DNA of 64,000 nucleotides, taken from Podarcis gaigeae (lineage: Eukaryota). Positions 34,045 through 46,700 of the stretch are shown here, piece by piece. Under the pieces are notes generated by a model that searched no databases, was not told the DNA's origin, and saw only the letters and a list, made by a program, of their open reading frames with translations. The DNA lies in NCBI GenBank assembly GCA_964106915.2, contig OZ066921.1. One strand, 5' to 3'. The position numbers were made by a program, and so were the translations under genes. Each line of letters opens with the position of its first letter. The first letter of the stretch is position 1.

Positions 34045-34372
34045 GGGAGGGAGTGGGTGGCACTGTGGTCTAAACCACTGAGCCTCTTGGGCTTGCCGAT
34101 CGGAAGGTTGGTTTGAATCCATGCAATGGGGTGAGTTCCCATTGCTCTGTCCCAGCTGCTGCCAACCTAGCAGTTCGAAGGTACGCCCAAAAGTGCAAGT
34201 AGATAAATGGGTACCGCTGCAGCGGGAAGGTAAACGGCATTTCCATGCACTCTGGTTTCTGTCACAGTATCCCATTGTGCCAGAAGCGGTTTAGTCATGC
34301 TGGTCACAACTCAGAAAGCTGTATGTGGACTGGACCTAACCGTCTAGGGGTCATTTACCTTTACCTTACCTT
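34045..34372 (+). mobile_element. Sauria SINE (diverged) with TSD ATATCCTGGC
   Basis: core GCCAACCTAGCAGTTCGAA..GTGCAAGTAGATAAAT, TTACC tail, 10-bp direct flanks. Confidence 0.88.
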
Positions 34373-35459
34373 ATATCCTGGCTGAAGCCTCCTGCCCAAC
34401 CTCAAAGAGTAGCCCCATATAGAATGCATTACTGTACAGTAATCCAATCCAATGCATGGACAGTTGTGTCCAAACTATCCCAATCCAGGAATGGCTCCAA
34501 CTATCTTACCAGCCTAACCCATCATAGCAGTCTGAAGTGGTATAGCCCACCCAACACTTCGGTCCCATCACCTCATTTACAGAACAGGCATCCAAAGGGT
34601 ATTCTGCAGAGGTGTGTCTGTCATGTCAACATCATTTAGGAATATACCTGTGTCTATGATTTTATGGGCAAAGGAACAATAGAGATTTTGGGGGTAGGGA
34701 AATGGTAGATGGAATCAGCCAAGGAGAGGCAGAGCCAACTTAGTTTTGTGCCCCTGCTCCTTGCTGCTGAAGAGTGCATCAGGCCCATCTCCTCCAGCAT
34801 GCCATCCCCACAGGGGCCCACAAGCAGGACCTGAGTGCAACAGTGCTCCCCCAGACTGAGGTTCTTTGGGCTGTGTCCCATTTGCCCAAACAGACCAGAA
34901 ACCACTGTGCAGAAATATTATGAAGTTGTTTTGCTGATCTCTGGAAACTGGAATTGCTTTGTATGTAAAGTAGGAGGTTAGGCAACAGAGAGCAGTTGTC
35001 TTGTTTTTGTTTAGTAGTTTAAAATGACATGGCTCTAGATAATGGCTGCTGCAATAACCCCTTTTTGACTTCCTGCTTTTATCAGCTTTGAAAGCTCTGT
35101 AATTTGTCAGATTGATAGGTGGTAACCCTAATGCTGCACATGTAAAGGAAAGTGATGCAAGCACCAGCCTCCTAAAGTTGAAGTCTGCTATCCATTCTGT
35201 AGTCTCACAAATCTGCACAATGTATTCCTTCGACATTTCTTCTGCAATGTTTACTATTTTGCATTATTTATTTTGATTTTGCTAGTTATGGGAAATGCAA
35301 GGACATAAACAAATTTAAAACCTTCTCTGTGGCTTCAGAGATTTCAGCAGACATGACCCATATTTTCAAGCAATTTTCACAGCTATGAGGTCTAGAAACT
35401 TGTTTATTAAAAACAGAAAGCTGAGACTCAGGAATCTGAACTCTATACCTATTATATTC

Positions 35460-37170
35460 TGCTCTTGTGAAACCTTTGTATGTACACAGGGCCTCTCCAG
35501 ACTGAGGTCTTTGTTGGGGGGGGGGTGACTTGATCATGGATGGAGGACTTGACCTGGCATGTGTAACAGACTTGGTTGGATGAAGTAGATGGGCCTATCT
35601 TGCCACTGCTTGTCTGCCAGCCTTCTCTTACGCACAGCAACCCATCATATGGGTGGGGGAGGGGTTTGCAGTGATTTTTAGGAAGTCATTAGCTTGCACC
35701 AGGCATCCTATTGGGAAGACCCAATTTTCTGAGTGCAAGTTCTAGAAGCTGGGCAATAGGGGCATTACAGGATTCTATTTGGTGTATCAACCTCCCTGCT
35801 GCACCAAGCATTCCCTGGCCGAGCTGCTTCAGGTCATGGTGGATGTTTTCCTAGAGATACCTAGTTTGGTTGTTCTAGGGGATTTTAACATCCACACCAA
35901 CACAACCTTACAAAGGGCCGCTCAGGACTTCGTGGAAAACATGACCTCCATGGGGCTGTCCCTGAATAAGTTTGGCCCAACTCATAGGCGCAGACATGCC
36001 TTAGACCTGGTGTTCACCTCTATGGATGAGGGTGATCTGACACTAAGTAAAAGCAAAACAAACGAAGTGCCATGGTTGGATCACTTCCTGGTGCAACTGG
36101 ACTTCTCCACAACCCTTCCCCTCTGGGACGGAGGTGGAACTGATTTGGATGGTCCACCCCTGCCACTTAATGGATCCAAATGGTTTCCAGAGAATGATAG
36201 ATGTTTTATCCCATGTTGATGGCCTTTCAGCTGATTCCCTGGTGGCCCGCTGGAATGTGGAGTTAACCAGGGCTATCGACTGTCTGGCTCCAAAGTGCCC
36301 TTTCTGATTGCATGGCGCCTGGACAGCCCCGTGGTTTTCCCCAGAGCAGAGGGCAATGAAACAATCGCTGAGATGGCTAAAGAGCAAGTGGTGGAAAACT
36401 CATTCTGAATCGGACTGGACACGTCGAGCCTACCAAGTGGTGATAGCAATGGCGAAGAGGACCTTCTTCACCGCCTCTATGGCATCTGCAGAAAACAGCA
36501 GCAGGAGACTCTTTTAGGTGCTTTGCAATCTAACAGAACCACCTTCATCATTGGGGCCTGGTAAGGCCCCCAGGATCTCCTGCAATGATTTTGCAAAGTT
36601 TTTTTAACATCTATATGGAGCCGCTGGGAGAGATCATCAGTGGGCTTGGGCTGGATGTTCATTAGTATGCGGATGATACCCAGCTCTACCTCTCCTTTAA
36701 ATCAGAACCAGTAAAGGTAGGGAATGTCCTGTGTGAGTGCCTGGAGATGGTTGGAAGTTGGATGGCAGCTAACAGATTGAGGTAGAATCCTGACAAGACA
36801 GAAATACTGTTTCTGGGATACAGGGGGCAGGCAGGTGTGGAGGACTCCCTGGTGCTGAATAGGGTAACTGTGCTCCTGAAGGATCAAGTGTGTGGCCTGG
36901 GAGTCATTTTAGACTCCCAGCTGTCCATGGAGGCACAGATCAATTCTGTGTCCAGGGCAGCTGTCTACCAGCTCCACCCCCATCATTCAGCCTGGACACT
37001 GAGGCCCAGCTCCAAGGGCCTTCTGGTGGTTCCCTCAATGCAAGAAGTGAGGTTGCAGGGAACCAGGCAGAGGGCCTTCTCGATAGTGGCACCCGCCTTG
37101 TGGAATGCCCTCCCATCAGGTGTCAAGGAAATAAACAACTCACTTTTAGAAGACATCTGAAGGCTGACGT
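35460..37170 (+). mobile_element. degraded, internally deleted L2-clade LINE (endonuclease and RT remnants)
   Basis: LVVLGDFNIH and LDLVFT (APE) motifs, YADDTQLYLS (RT) near 36666, L2 3' motifs; many stops and frameshifts. Confidence 0.85.
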
Positions 37171-37486
37171 ATAAGGGTAAAAATATATTTTTTAATTGTT
37201 GTTGGCATATTAATAAGGCATTGGTGATAATTTATTCTGCTGTATTAGTTCTGTGACACTTTCCCGATACTACATTATTGCTGTCTGGACAAGCTGTAGT
37301 GCAAAATACATGGGGGGGGGGTACGGACAACCCAGAACATTTGTGGTATTGTGGGTTTTTTGTGGAATTTCAGCTGGAAGTTTTCAGCCCCTTCTCTGAC
37401 CCCCCTGTGGGTGGGGCTGCCCACCAGATCTCAGGTTTAGGAAATCATTGTCAGTCTCAGCGCTTCGCTTCTCCTGTGGTGTCCCT

Positions 37487-37826
37487 AAAGGTAAAGGCCA
37501 GTCTTGACAGACTCTGGGGTTGTGCGCCCATCTCACTTAAGAGGCCAGGGGCCAGCGCTGTCCGGAGACACTTCCAGGTCACGTGGCCAGCGTGACATCG
37601 CTGCTCTGGCGAGCCAGAGCCGCACACGGAAACGCCGTTTACCTTCCCGCTGGTAAGCGGTCCCTATTTATCTACTTGCACCCGGAGGTGCTTTCGAACT
37701 GCTAGGTTGGCAGGCGCTGGGACCAAGCAGCGGGAGCGCACCCCGCCACAGGGATTCGAACCGCCGACCTTTCGAACGGCAAGTCCTAGGTGCTGAGGCT
37801 TTAACCCACAGCGCCACCTGCGTCCC
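37487..37826 (-). mobile_element. Sauria SINE (different subfamily)
   Basis: same core and head in reverse orientation. Confidence 0.88.
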
Positions 37827-40800
37827 CAGTCAGGCTCAAATCTTTTTGTACACTTATTCCTTTAAGCACCAGGGGGCAGTGCAGTGTCCAGCAATATGCA
37901 TTGCCTCTTTGACATGACCCAGTGCTCACCTGTGAACTACTTTCAGTGGGCAGAACAAGATTAGTGTTTTACAAGAGCACTCAGGCAGTAATACCTTGGG
38001 GAAAGGGGACAAAATACTTAGGGTGAGACGCTATGCCTGCCTGTTCCATTCAGTGCCTCTTCCAAAGGAGTGTATAGTCTTAGCAGGTTCACTGATTTTG
38101 CTGCTCCTTTTAGCAACCCGTTTCATCGCTTGAATTTTTGTTTAAATGGCAGGATATTAATCCACAAGTAAATAATAAAGACTGCAAATCTATGCAGACT
38201 TAACTAAAAAAATAACCTCCACTAAATGCAATAAGGTGTTCTTGCTAAATGTGGTTCAGATCAAGCTGCAAAAACAATCCGCTGGCAACTTTCCCAAAGG
38301 AAGCTGAAGGGCTGCGCTGGGAAACCTTTGTCCTGGCACATGTTGTTGGATCACAGCTCCTGGCAATCCTTCCTGCTGGCCGCTGGACCCCAACATGTGG
38401 ATGGCCACCAAGTGTGGAAGGAGAGAAATGTGGGAACTAAAGTAGCATATCAAAGTGGATGGGTTTGTTTTTTTACCTGGAAAGTGCTAGGCCTCGTTTT
38501 TTCATCTACACCAGTTCCTAGTTTCCAGGGTCAATTCAAGATGCTGGTGTTAGCCCTGAATGACCTGGGACTCCCGTCCATTCGTTTCCACATCTGAAAC
38601 ACTACCCAACACCATGAAGAATGGTGGGCAGCCACAAGGAGCAGGTTTATTGCTTGAGTGGCACCCACTCTATGGAATGACTTGCCAGTGGAGATCCTTT
38701 AGGCAACAAATACTCTGGAACTGAACCTTTCTTCTGGTGTTTTAAAAAATGCTGTTGCCAGAAGCTCTTTATACAGACAAGCAAGCAAAACTCTGTTTCC
38801 TTCACTTAAAATCAGTGGAAGAGGCCTTGTCCAGTGATCTACCTTTTGTGAATGAGAGCAACTGAGCTGATCAAGACTGCCTCTTCAGATGTATGGAATT
38901 CCCTATCTGGAGAGATTTGCCAAGCAACAGTGGTCTCTATAATATCACATGTAGAACTTATCTGCTGCTTTTGTGTGTTTAAGGTGTTTCATATCGATTA
39001 GCTTATAATCCTTATAAGCAACCCTGTAAGGTAGGCCAGTCACATTACCTCTATATAGCAGATGAGAGGCTAAGGCTACAGGGTCTTTCCTACGACTACC
39101 AAGTGACTTCAGAGCAGAGGGGACTTAACACTCTGACACAGCTACAGGTCAAGACAGTCAGATTTTTAATGCATTTCCCAGCTACTGATAAGCGTCATTC
39201 AGTTTTTAACATGCAGGTGCCTGTATTGTTGTTTTCACCAAGTGTATCCCATGCTCTCTTCCAGCGTGGTCAAGGCGGTGCTTTTTCATAGCAAGTTGGA
39301 TTTTAAAAGGGAGGCTCAGCACTTAAAACAGCTCTATATTATCAAGAGGATCTTGGCTGTGGAGACTTGCTTATGATTGCTCACTGTGAAGTCCTATTTA
39401 GCAAAGTCTGAGTTTCCAGCAACGTTGAGTTTCCTATTTTATTGCTCCCTGATGAGAATAGCTGCGATAACAGCAATAAATTGCTGCTTAATTTTGTTGC
39501 TTGGGGCAAGGTGTAATCTTACAGATTCCCTTTCATTATTATTTTTTCTTAATTGAAGAATAAGAGCCATTTTGCTATAAAAGGGGAAAAGGGGGTGCTG
39601 AGGAAAGGAAACCTGTTAAGGGGCAAATTATAACTAATCCCCTAGTCACTGGAACGGAAAATATTAAAATGACTTGCAAGGAATAATCTGTCAGTAAAAG
39701 ACACTAGTCCTAAAACTGAGAAGTTTGCGTTTCTGCATTAAACAGCCTAGAACTGCAACTGCATTTTGTTTCACTAAAATGCTGCAAATGAGGTCTGAAA
39801 AACAGAATAAATTTAATGCAATGAATACTTTAATGCACTGAAGTGTGTGAATGAATAATGGACATTCTATTTTAAAGGCTAACTACAAAATTAGTCTACA
39901 ATGAAGCTTATTCTCAGAACTACAGCTTCAGGCTACAATCCACCAGAAGGAAGGAGAGTACTCAGCCCAGGTTTGTATCGAGCCCATGATACAGAACTGT
40001 ATTTAGATTACTCATTAGTTCACATTCCAGTAGCTTAGAACCAGGAGAGATCTATTTACAGGCCAGGCAAAGCGGAAATACTTCAATGGCCTTTCCTTAA
40101 ACAGTATTTCTGCATGTTCCTGCACTTACACTAAAATCTCACCACAGCCACAAAGCTGCTGTTCAGACTGGCAGCTGCCACCAAGGCCTAGAAAGGATCT
40201 CATGGGCCTGCCTGACACACTTTAGAACCAGAGCTGTGGGGAAAGCAGCTTAAAGGCTTTAGCTGAGGAAGCAGTTTACACAGGCAGTAGGTCAGGGACT
40301 GGGCTCCACCGACAATGTGTGACAGGCTCCCACAACAATGAGCCTTTTTAAAAACAGCGCACTGGTTGCCTGTTTGCTTCTAGGCCCAATTCAAGAGGCT
40401 CATATCCATATAGTTGAGGTAGCAGTCATGGCTTGCAGCTAATAGCTTTATTCTCCACGATGCCTTCCTGGAACTAGGCATTACCCCCCACCCTTGATGT
40501 CACACTGGCCTTTTTGCAAATATACTAGAAGCCCTGTTCAGATACCATGTCTCTTTCCCTACAAGCCCTCACAGATGTTAGTAATAGCAGCATTCTAGCA
40601 AGTTTGATTATCTTGAGCAGCACAGGGAACGGCAGACTGGAGGAAAGGCTTCTCCAAAATGACAGAAATCCCTCCCCACAAAGGTGCATCTAATGATTAT
40701 TGTATAGCATCTGACATATGCCGAAAATGCACTTCTTCAGGACCTTCAACACCAAATACATATTTCAGGACCTATACTACTGTTCTGATGGCAAATAGTT

Positions 40801-41599
40801 TTGAACAGTGGGCCTTGGGCCACATTACTGTCATAGATGCTCCCTAGTGACTTTGCTGACTCTGCTTTGTCCAAAATTAGCCTTTTACCAGCTCCCATCA
40901 TCCCCAACAGACATATGCTGCTCATCCTGAAGCTTCCTACTGGAATGTTTTATACTAAAAATGTTCCACTTGTGCCTGGAGGGGACCCCTAGATCTAAGA
41001 TGACAGGAAGGTGGGGCTGAATGATGCCTTACAGCAACAAAGGAGACACAGCAGGCAACTGTTCCTGCTCAAATCTGAACCTGCCTGCAGAGGTAGAAGC
41101 CCATTAACTGCTGACAAAAGAAATGAATAGAGCAGGACAGCAACAGCCAGGGATCTCAACCATATTCCTGCAATGCAGAACACTGGCAAAGATCTACATG
41201 TGCTCTCCAGTCAGTTACAGAACCAGTGGACTTGGGCAGTGAGCTGAATATTCAACCCAAATGCACAACAGAATGTTCACCCTTATTGCACCAGGTTTGC
41301 AGGAGGGAATAAGCTGTACAATGCAATAAAACTTGAATCAGAGAAAGTTTCTGGCTATCTGGAGAGTAGCATCAGTGAGCTCAATAAAGTAGCAGCTAGA
41401 CAGCACACCCCACCATATGCAGGATGGTGCCATACTCAGCAAATCAACCTGCTCTAAAAATATGAATGGAATAGAAACATTTCAAACACTCAAAATAGGC
41501 CAGTGAAGTGGGTGGTATCTGAGAAGTTGGTTAGTACCTGCAACATCAAGTGGTCTGTTCATACACCCTTTTTTCTTCTCACCTTCATTACTTTCTCTG

Positions 41600-41812
41600 T
41601 AAGTGATACCTTGGGTTACATATGCTTCAGGTTACAGACTCCGCTAACCCAGAAATAGTACCTCGAGTTAAGAACTTTGCTTCAGAATGAGAACAGAAAT
41701 CGCACAGTGGCGTTGTGGCGGCAGCAGGAGGCCCCATTAGGTGAAGTGGTGCTTCAGGTTAAGAACGGACCTCTGGAACGAATTAAGTACGTAACCCAGA
41801 GGCACCACTGTA
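41600..41812. mobile_element. Tc1/mariner-type MITE, same family as 55708-55953
   Basis: shared internal sequence ACAGACTCCGCTAACCCAGAAATAGTACCTC and degenerate TIRs. Confidence 0.82.
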
Positions 41813-42301
41813 GTTTGCTGCCACAATGGTGGTGGTGCTACCGGCAGCATATGAAGCTAGTTCCTTCCCCTTACAGCTCCAAGTGATCTATGTCCATAAC
41901 TACTTGTCCATACTTTATACTACTTTACATATACTACTTTATATGTTTGCTGCTTGCACAGCTGTTTTAAGCTGCCACATGTATAACCAATTTTGCACAA
42001 GTTGACAACAGGACAGTGTGCATTCAGTGTGCAGATTCAGTGAAGTATTAAAATAATCCCAACACAGGTAGCGAAGTAAATGCATTGGCATCAAGCTCCA
42101 ACTCAGGCATGACTTCATAAAGAATGGTGTGCATTCCAGGAACTTCTAAAATGCAAGTAACTTCATCCTGCTCAATTTTTGTTTCCCCTCTTCTGTATAC
42201 AATGCAAGTTATAGCAAGAGCCTCTTATTCCTGATTTAGTACACCTCCAACCTTGACATTCAAACCAGAGACACACGACACAGTAAGATAGAACCTAGCA
42301 C

Positions 42302-42307
42302 TTTATT
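42302..42307 (-). terminator. MAT2A: MAT2A distal polyadenylation signal AATAAA
   Basis: tttatt on + about 120 nt past hairpin 6, followed on the minus strand by GU-rich sequence. Confidence 0.7.
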
Positions 42308-42428
42308 AAGAACTTTAAAATCAACTTGGAATTGAACCAGACATACGTAATAAACGCCCAGAAAAAAATTGGAACGCAAAAGGCACTTCCTGCTTAGGAC
42401 ACTTGCCATGGAATGGGCAGGTAAACAA

Positions 42429-42453
42429 GCTGGTTTCTCTGTACAACACCAGC
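42429..42453 (-). promoter_or_regulatory. MAT2A: MAT2A 3' UTR hairpin 6 (UACAGAGAA at 42435-42443)
   Basis: GCUGGU-GUUG-UACAGAGAA-ACCAGC. Confidence 0.9.
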
Positions 42454-42520
42454 CAAGTCAGCTTCTCCCAAGGCCAGTTATCCTGAGCACTGCCCTCCCC
42501 TGTTTTACACAAGCCAGACC

Positions 42521-42573
42521 CCCTGCAGGTTGTGACCCAAGGCTTTTCTGTAGGACACCTTGGCCTATCAGGG
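42521..42573 (-). promoter_or_regulatory. MAT2A: MAT2A 3' UTR hairpin 5 (UACAGAAAA at 42544-42552)
   Basis: CCAAGGU-GUCC-UACAGAAAA-GCCUUGG. Confidence 0.9.
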
Positions 42574-42629
42574 AATGCTGGGTACTGTCAAGGAATTTAT
42601 GGTGTCAAAATAAAGTTAAAAAGCTGCCA

Positions 42630-42670
42630 TTTGAGACCAGGGCTTCTCTGTACTCACACCCTATCCCAAA
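42630..42670 (-). promoter_or_regulatory. MAT2A: MAT2A 3' UTR hairpin 4 (UACAGAGAA at 42644-42652)
   Basis: UUUGGGAUAGGGU-GUGAG-UACAGAGAA-GCCCUGGUCUCAAA. Confidence 0.9.
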
Positions 42671-42730
42671 CACAATAAATAAGCAAGTATAAAAAAATTT
42701 CAAGTATGTAGGGTTTTCCCCCACGTCCTT

Positions 42731-42803
42731 TCCAAATGCACTTACACTCTGAAGGGAACTGGCTTCTCTGTAGCTACGCCAGTACTTCAGAATGCAGTTT
42801 GGA
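42731..42803 (-). promoter_or_regulatory. MAT2A: MAT2A 3' UTR hairpin 3 (UACAGAGAA at 42764-42772)
   Basis: ACUGGC-GUAGC-UACAGAGAA-GCCAGU within an extended stem. Confidence 0.9.
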
Positions 42804-42912
42804 CCTGGCTTTGAAAATAAACCCTGGGAGTTTTGTGCAACATGAAATTCTTGGCTCTTCTAAAGAAAAAAATTCCAGGTGCCAAAAGTATGCAGCCTAC
42901 AGACCTCAGGCA

Positions 42913-42949
42913 CAACCCTGTGACTTCTCTGCAGTACATCACAAGGCTG
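42913..42949 (-). promoter_or_regulatory. MAT2A: MAT2A 3' UTR hairpin 2, variant nonamer UGCAGAGAA (42925-42933)
   Basis: 12-bp stem CAGCCUUGUGAU/GUCACAGGGUUG closing loop GUACUGCAGAGAA. Confidence 0.8.
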
Positions 42950-43029
42950 GCCAAGGGCCCGCTTAATAAAAGATGGTGAGGTTTGGCTAGTGCTAAAACT
43001 GCGCATAGGATTTTTTTTTAAAAAAAACC

Positions 43030-43035
43030 TTTATT
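43030..43035 (-). terminator. MAT2A: MAT2A candidate proximal polyadenylation signal AATAAA
   Basis: minus strand UGUACGU-AAUAAA-GGUUUUUUU between hairpins 1 and 2. Confidence 0.5.
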
Positions 43036-43585
43036 ACGTACATCCCCCAAGAAGATAAGAACAGAAAATGATTAAGGTATGGTGCTGACTGATTTTAAGA
43101 GAATAATACCATGAGTTGTGGGACCAAAATTGCCTCAATTAAAAAACCACACAAGACTCGAGTTCCAAAATGGAACTTGTGGAGCATGCAGGGCCATCTG
43201 CTAAGGCGGCGATGACTCACTCACAAGAGATCGGGGGGGGGGGGGGGCGTCCAATCATTGCACCATCCTGCTCTAGATATCTGGACAGAGACTATGTGAA
43301 ACCACGCAGTGCACATTAGAAGAGAGGCATCTTGCTCATTGTTGAAAGGAAATTCTCGTTAGCCTTTGGGCAACACAAAGGATTAGACTGAAGCACTGTT
43401 TTGACTACAGCCTGTTCTTCTGTTTTACATATAGTGCCTATGCTCAACTGGCTCTACACATACGTCAAGCACACCAGGAAGAGGAGAAAGCACAGTGCAA
43501 TTGCGGTCCCCGGAGGACTAATATTCATGGCAATGGACAGAATGTGCCAAATTAAGAGCAGAGGACAGGACCAGTTTAGGGAATG

Positions 43586-43656
43586 GGGCTCTTTCCCACA
43601 GAAAAGCCTGGAGGTTTCTCTGTAATGCACACCAACAGGTCTGGGGAAAGAAGCCC
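43586..43656 (-). promoter_or_regulatory. MAT2A: MAT2A 3' UTR hairpin 1 (METTL16 site; UACAGAGAA at 43616-43624)
   Basis: long stem (GGGCUUCUUUCCC...GGGAAAGAGCCC) with GGUGUGCAU-UACAGAGAA-ACC apex just after the stop. Confidence 0.93.
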
Positions 43657-43663
43657 AACATAT

Positions 43664-43766
43664 TCAGTATTTAAGCTTTTTGGGCACTTCCCATGGGAAG
43701 TTGTCCCTACCAAAGTGGCCATAGGCTGCAGTCTTCTGATAAATAGGCCTCTTCAGATCCAGATCC
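43664..43766 (-). CDS. MAT2A: MAT2A exon 9 coding part ([33 protein letters not shown])
   Basis: ttccag| acceptor, TGA at 43664-43666. Confidence 0.95.
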
Positions 43767-46700
43767 CTGGAATATACAAGTCCGTAACTCAATACAAGGC
43801 ATTTATCAAGCAAAGCAAAAACCAGCTACACTGAAGGGGCCACTTGATGTTCAATGCTGTAGTCCCAAGACATGGACCAACGGCTACTTTGTACACAGGA
43901 AGTAGATGGGACTCATTTGCTCCCAATTCTGGGTGCCAATGCAAATACATCCCAAGGAAACTAAGCCCCTGGGCTCAACTGACATTACAGAATACTTACC
44001 CTCCATTATGAGTGGCTACATCCAACTGTAGATCACCACAAGTTTCTCCACTGGGAATGGTACTCCCTATCTGAATAATCAGCTCATATTACAACCAAAC
44101 CTGCCTACTTCCAGCTTGGAGCTTTTAGAAGCAGTTAGTCAGTGTAGGCAGCAGCACCACTCAGAACACCCATGTTTGCAGAGCTAAGCACCCACAACTT
44201 CACACTTTGATTCCAGGACAGTACAACATAACTGGCCTTGGGTGTCAGTGGTTGGGCCAAAATACCCAGAAGATTTCTGGAAAATGAGCTTTAATACTCA
44301 AAAGCACATGACTGAAGTACCCAAGAGGAGTCTGTAATAACTCACAGAAATCCTCATATCCCTGCACTATCCATACTTTCCAAATCAGTGCAAGAGCCAC
44401 AAGGGATGTGCCAATTTGCAAGGGTGGATTTAATATTACTGTATCTATACACCACTTGCTGCATTAAAAGAGAATAGCTTTTCAGTCTTGGGTATGTATG
44501 CCAATGGTGCAACTCCAAACTGGCTGGGGATCATGGCCAGACAGCAACAAGCTACTTTGTTATCAGCCACCTTTGCCCGAAAATGTGCTATTCTAAGATA
44601 TTTCTCATTTTCTGTGCCTTCCCCTGGCATGTCACATCATAAACTCTAATTTGCCTTACTATACAGTGACAAAGAGGCACAGACTAGCACACCATTCTGC
44701 TTTAACTACTACATATTAAAGAGCAAGCACTACTTTGTTTTATCTCTAGAAAAATGAACCACCCCAAAGCTCCTCTACAGCGGTGCTGGGGAACTGTCTC
44801 CACCACTCCCCAGGAGACTAGGTGTTTTGACAAGTGTCTATGGTAGGAGATTGTGCAACATCATGTACATTTAGGGGAGACTGCCAAATGGTAATGCCTT
44901 GTTTATGCCTAGTCCCATCCTTATTACCTCTTTTTTATCTGTCTGAATATTACGTGCATGCACCACCATGTTTTACCTGACAATAACCCCTGGGCGGAGG
45001 TCAAAGTTCTTCTTCACAATGTCTAGCAGCTCATGCTCAGTCTTTTGGGAGGTGCCGTAATGAAAAATGGAGACTGACAGTGGGTGGGCCACTCCAATGG
45101 CATAGGAGACCTAAGAGCAAAGTTAATATAAACCAAAAGCATTAAAATGTGTGGTTTCGGCTACTTTGTAGGGTATCCCATTTCTCTTCTCCCTCTTCGC
45201 ACACCATTATTTCAATATTTCCCTCTCAACTTTCCTTTCAACCCACACTCCCTGCCTGGCCAGTTGTTTTTACTACTAATCCTTACGTTGTACCTCCATA
45301 ATGAATTCTGAATGCTTATTTCATCCAACTTACCTTCCCTAAAAGACACGTAACAGCACATCCACACATCAAGTTGGCCAATACTGTATGGCACCCAAGT
45401 AACTCTTGCCAGAACAGGAGTTGGAAATGTGGCATCCTCCAAATGCTGCTGGGATGCCCATGAGCCCCAGCAACCATGGCCAATGGTCAAGGATGATGGG
45501 AGCTGTAGTCTAAGAAACCTGGCAAGGATTGCAATGGCCACTGCAAGGCAGCATTTGAGATTTACTGTGGCATTGATTACAGGTGCAAGAATCATGGGGC
45601 TGCTGGATGTGTTAATACAAGGACTGCATTTTTCAGAAGCAGCTGTTATACAGCTGAGCATTACCAGACCTGATTTACATCTCTGCTGCATTGCAGCTGC
45701 CTAAAAAGCATGGAAGTGCCAACTGTACACACTTCCCAGCTTCTAATTGTGCAACTATACTATCAAAGTAACATCTTAAACCCCAAATACTCATTTGAAG
45801 AAAACACTAATGTTGCAAATCTTGGGAAAATGCATCTCGTTGCCCAGAAACAACAGACTGAACATACCTGAACAAGCACTCTCCGACAGAGACCAGACTT
45901 CACAAGGGATTTTGCAACCCAGCGAGCAGCGTAAGATGCTGAACGGTCAACTTTTGTGTAGTCTTTACCAGAGAAAGCACCACCTCCATGAGCTCCCCAG
46001 CCACCATAGGTATCAACAATGATCTTCCGACCAGTCAAGCCAGCATCTCCCTGAAATTGGCAATTTTTTTCATTATTTATTTGCCAACCTTCCTGCAGAG
46101 TCCATCTCATCTGACTGGACACAACACCACCTGTCTATAAGACTGGAATGAGGAACCCGTAGCTCTCCAGATTGTGAACTTGCATCAGCCCCCAGCCAAG
46201 GTGATGGGGGAGGAGGTTTTAGTCCAATAACATGTGGCAGTTCAGAGGCTCTCCACCCCTAGTCTATAACAAGGCAAAGCTACCAGAAGGAGAACTGTGC
46301 TGTGTTTCTAGACACTAGAACTCTAGATGGCATATGGAGCAAAGGCATTTGATTTGTCACAAAAGCATAATGCTTCTGAACTGTAACACTGTAGCTGAGA
46401 TCTTCCAGTAAGGTACCATCAATTGTACAGATTAGGCAAGGGACAAGAATCCAACCTTCATCATACCTGGGGGCCACCAATTACAAAACGGCCACTAGGC
46501 TGCAGGTGGTAGACAGTATCATCATCCAGGTATTTTGCAGGTACAACAGTTCTGACCACTTTCTCTTTCAGGGCATCCCTCATCTCATCCAGCCCAATTT
46601 TATCATCATGTTGAACAGAAATAACAATTGTATGGACTCTAATAGGGATGACTGCACCACGGTCTTGTCTGTACTGTACAGTCACCTAAAAGGGAATAAA

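Noticed and set aside
35779-37174. ORFs with endonuclease and RT motifs suggesting an active or domesticated element
   Set aside because: Multiple stops, frameshifts and large deletions indicate a dead L2 copy.
41593-41601. Seventh UACAGAGAA nonamer on the MAT2A strand
   Set aside because: Lies beyond the distal poly(A) signal, at a MITE junction, and lacks the stem-and-GU apex of the six real hairpins.
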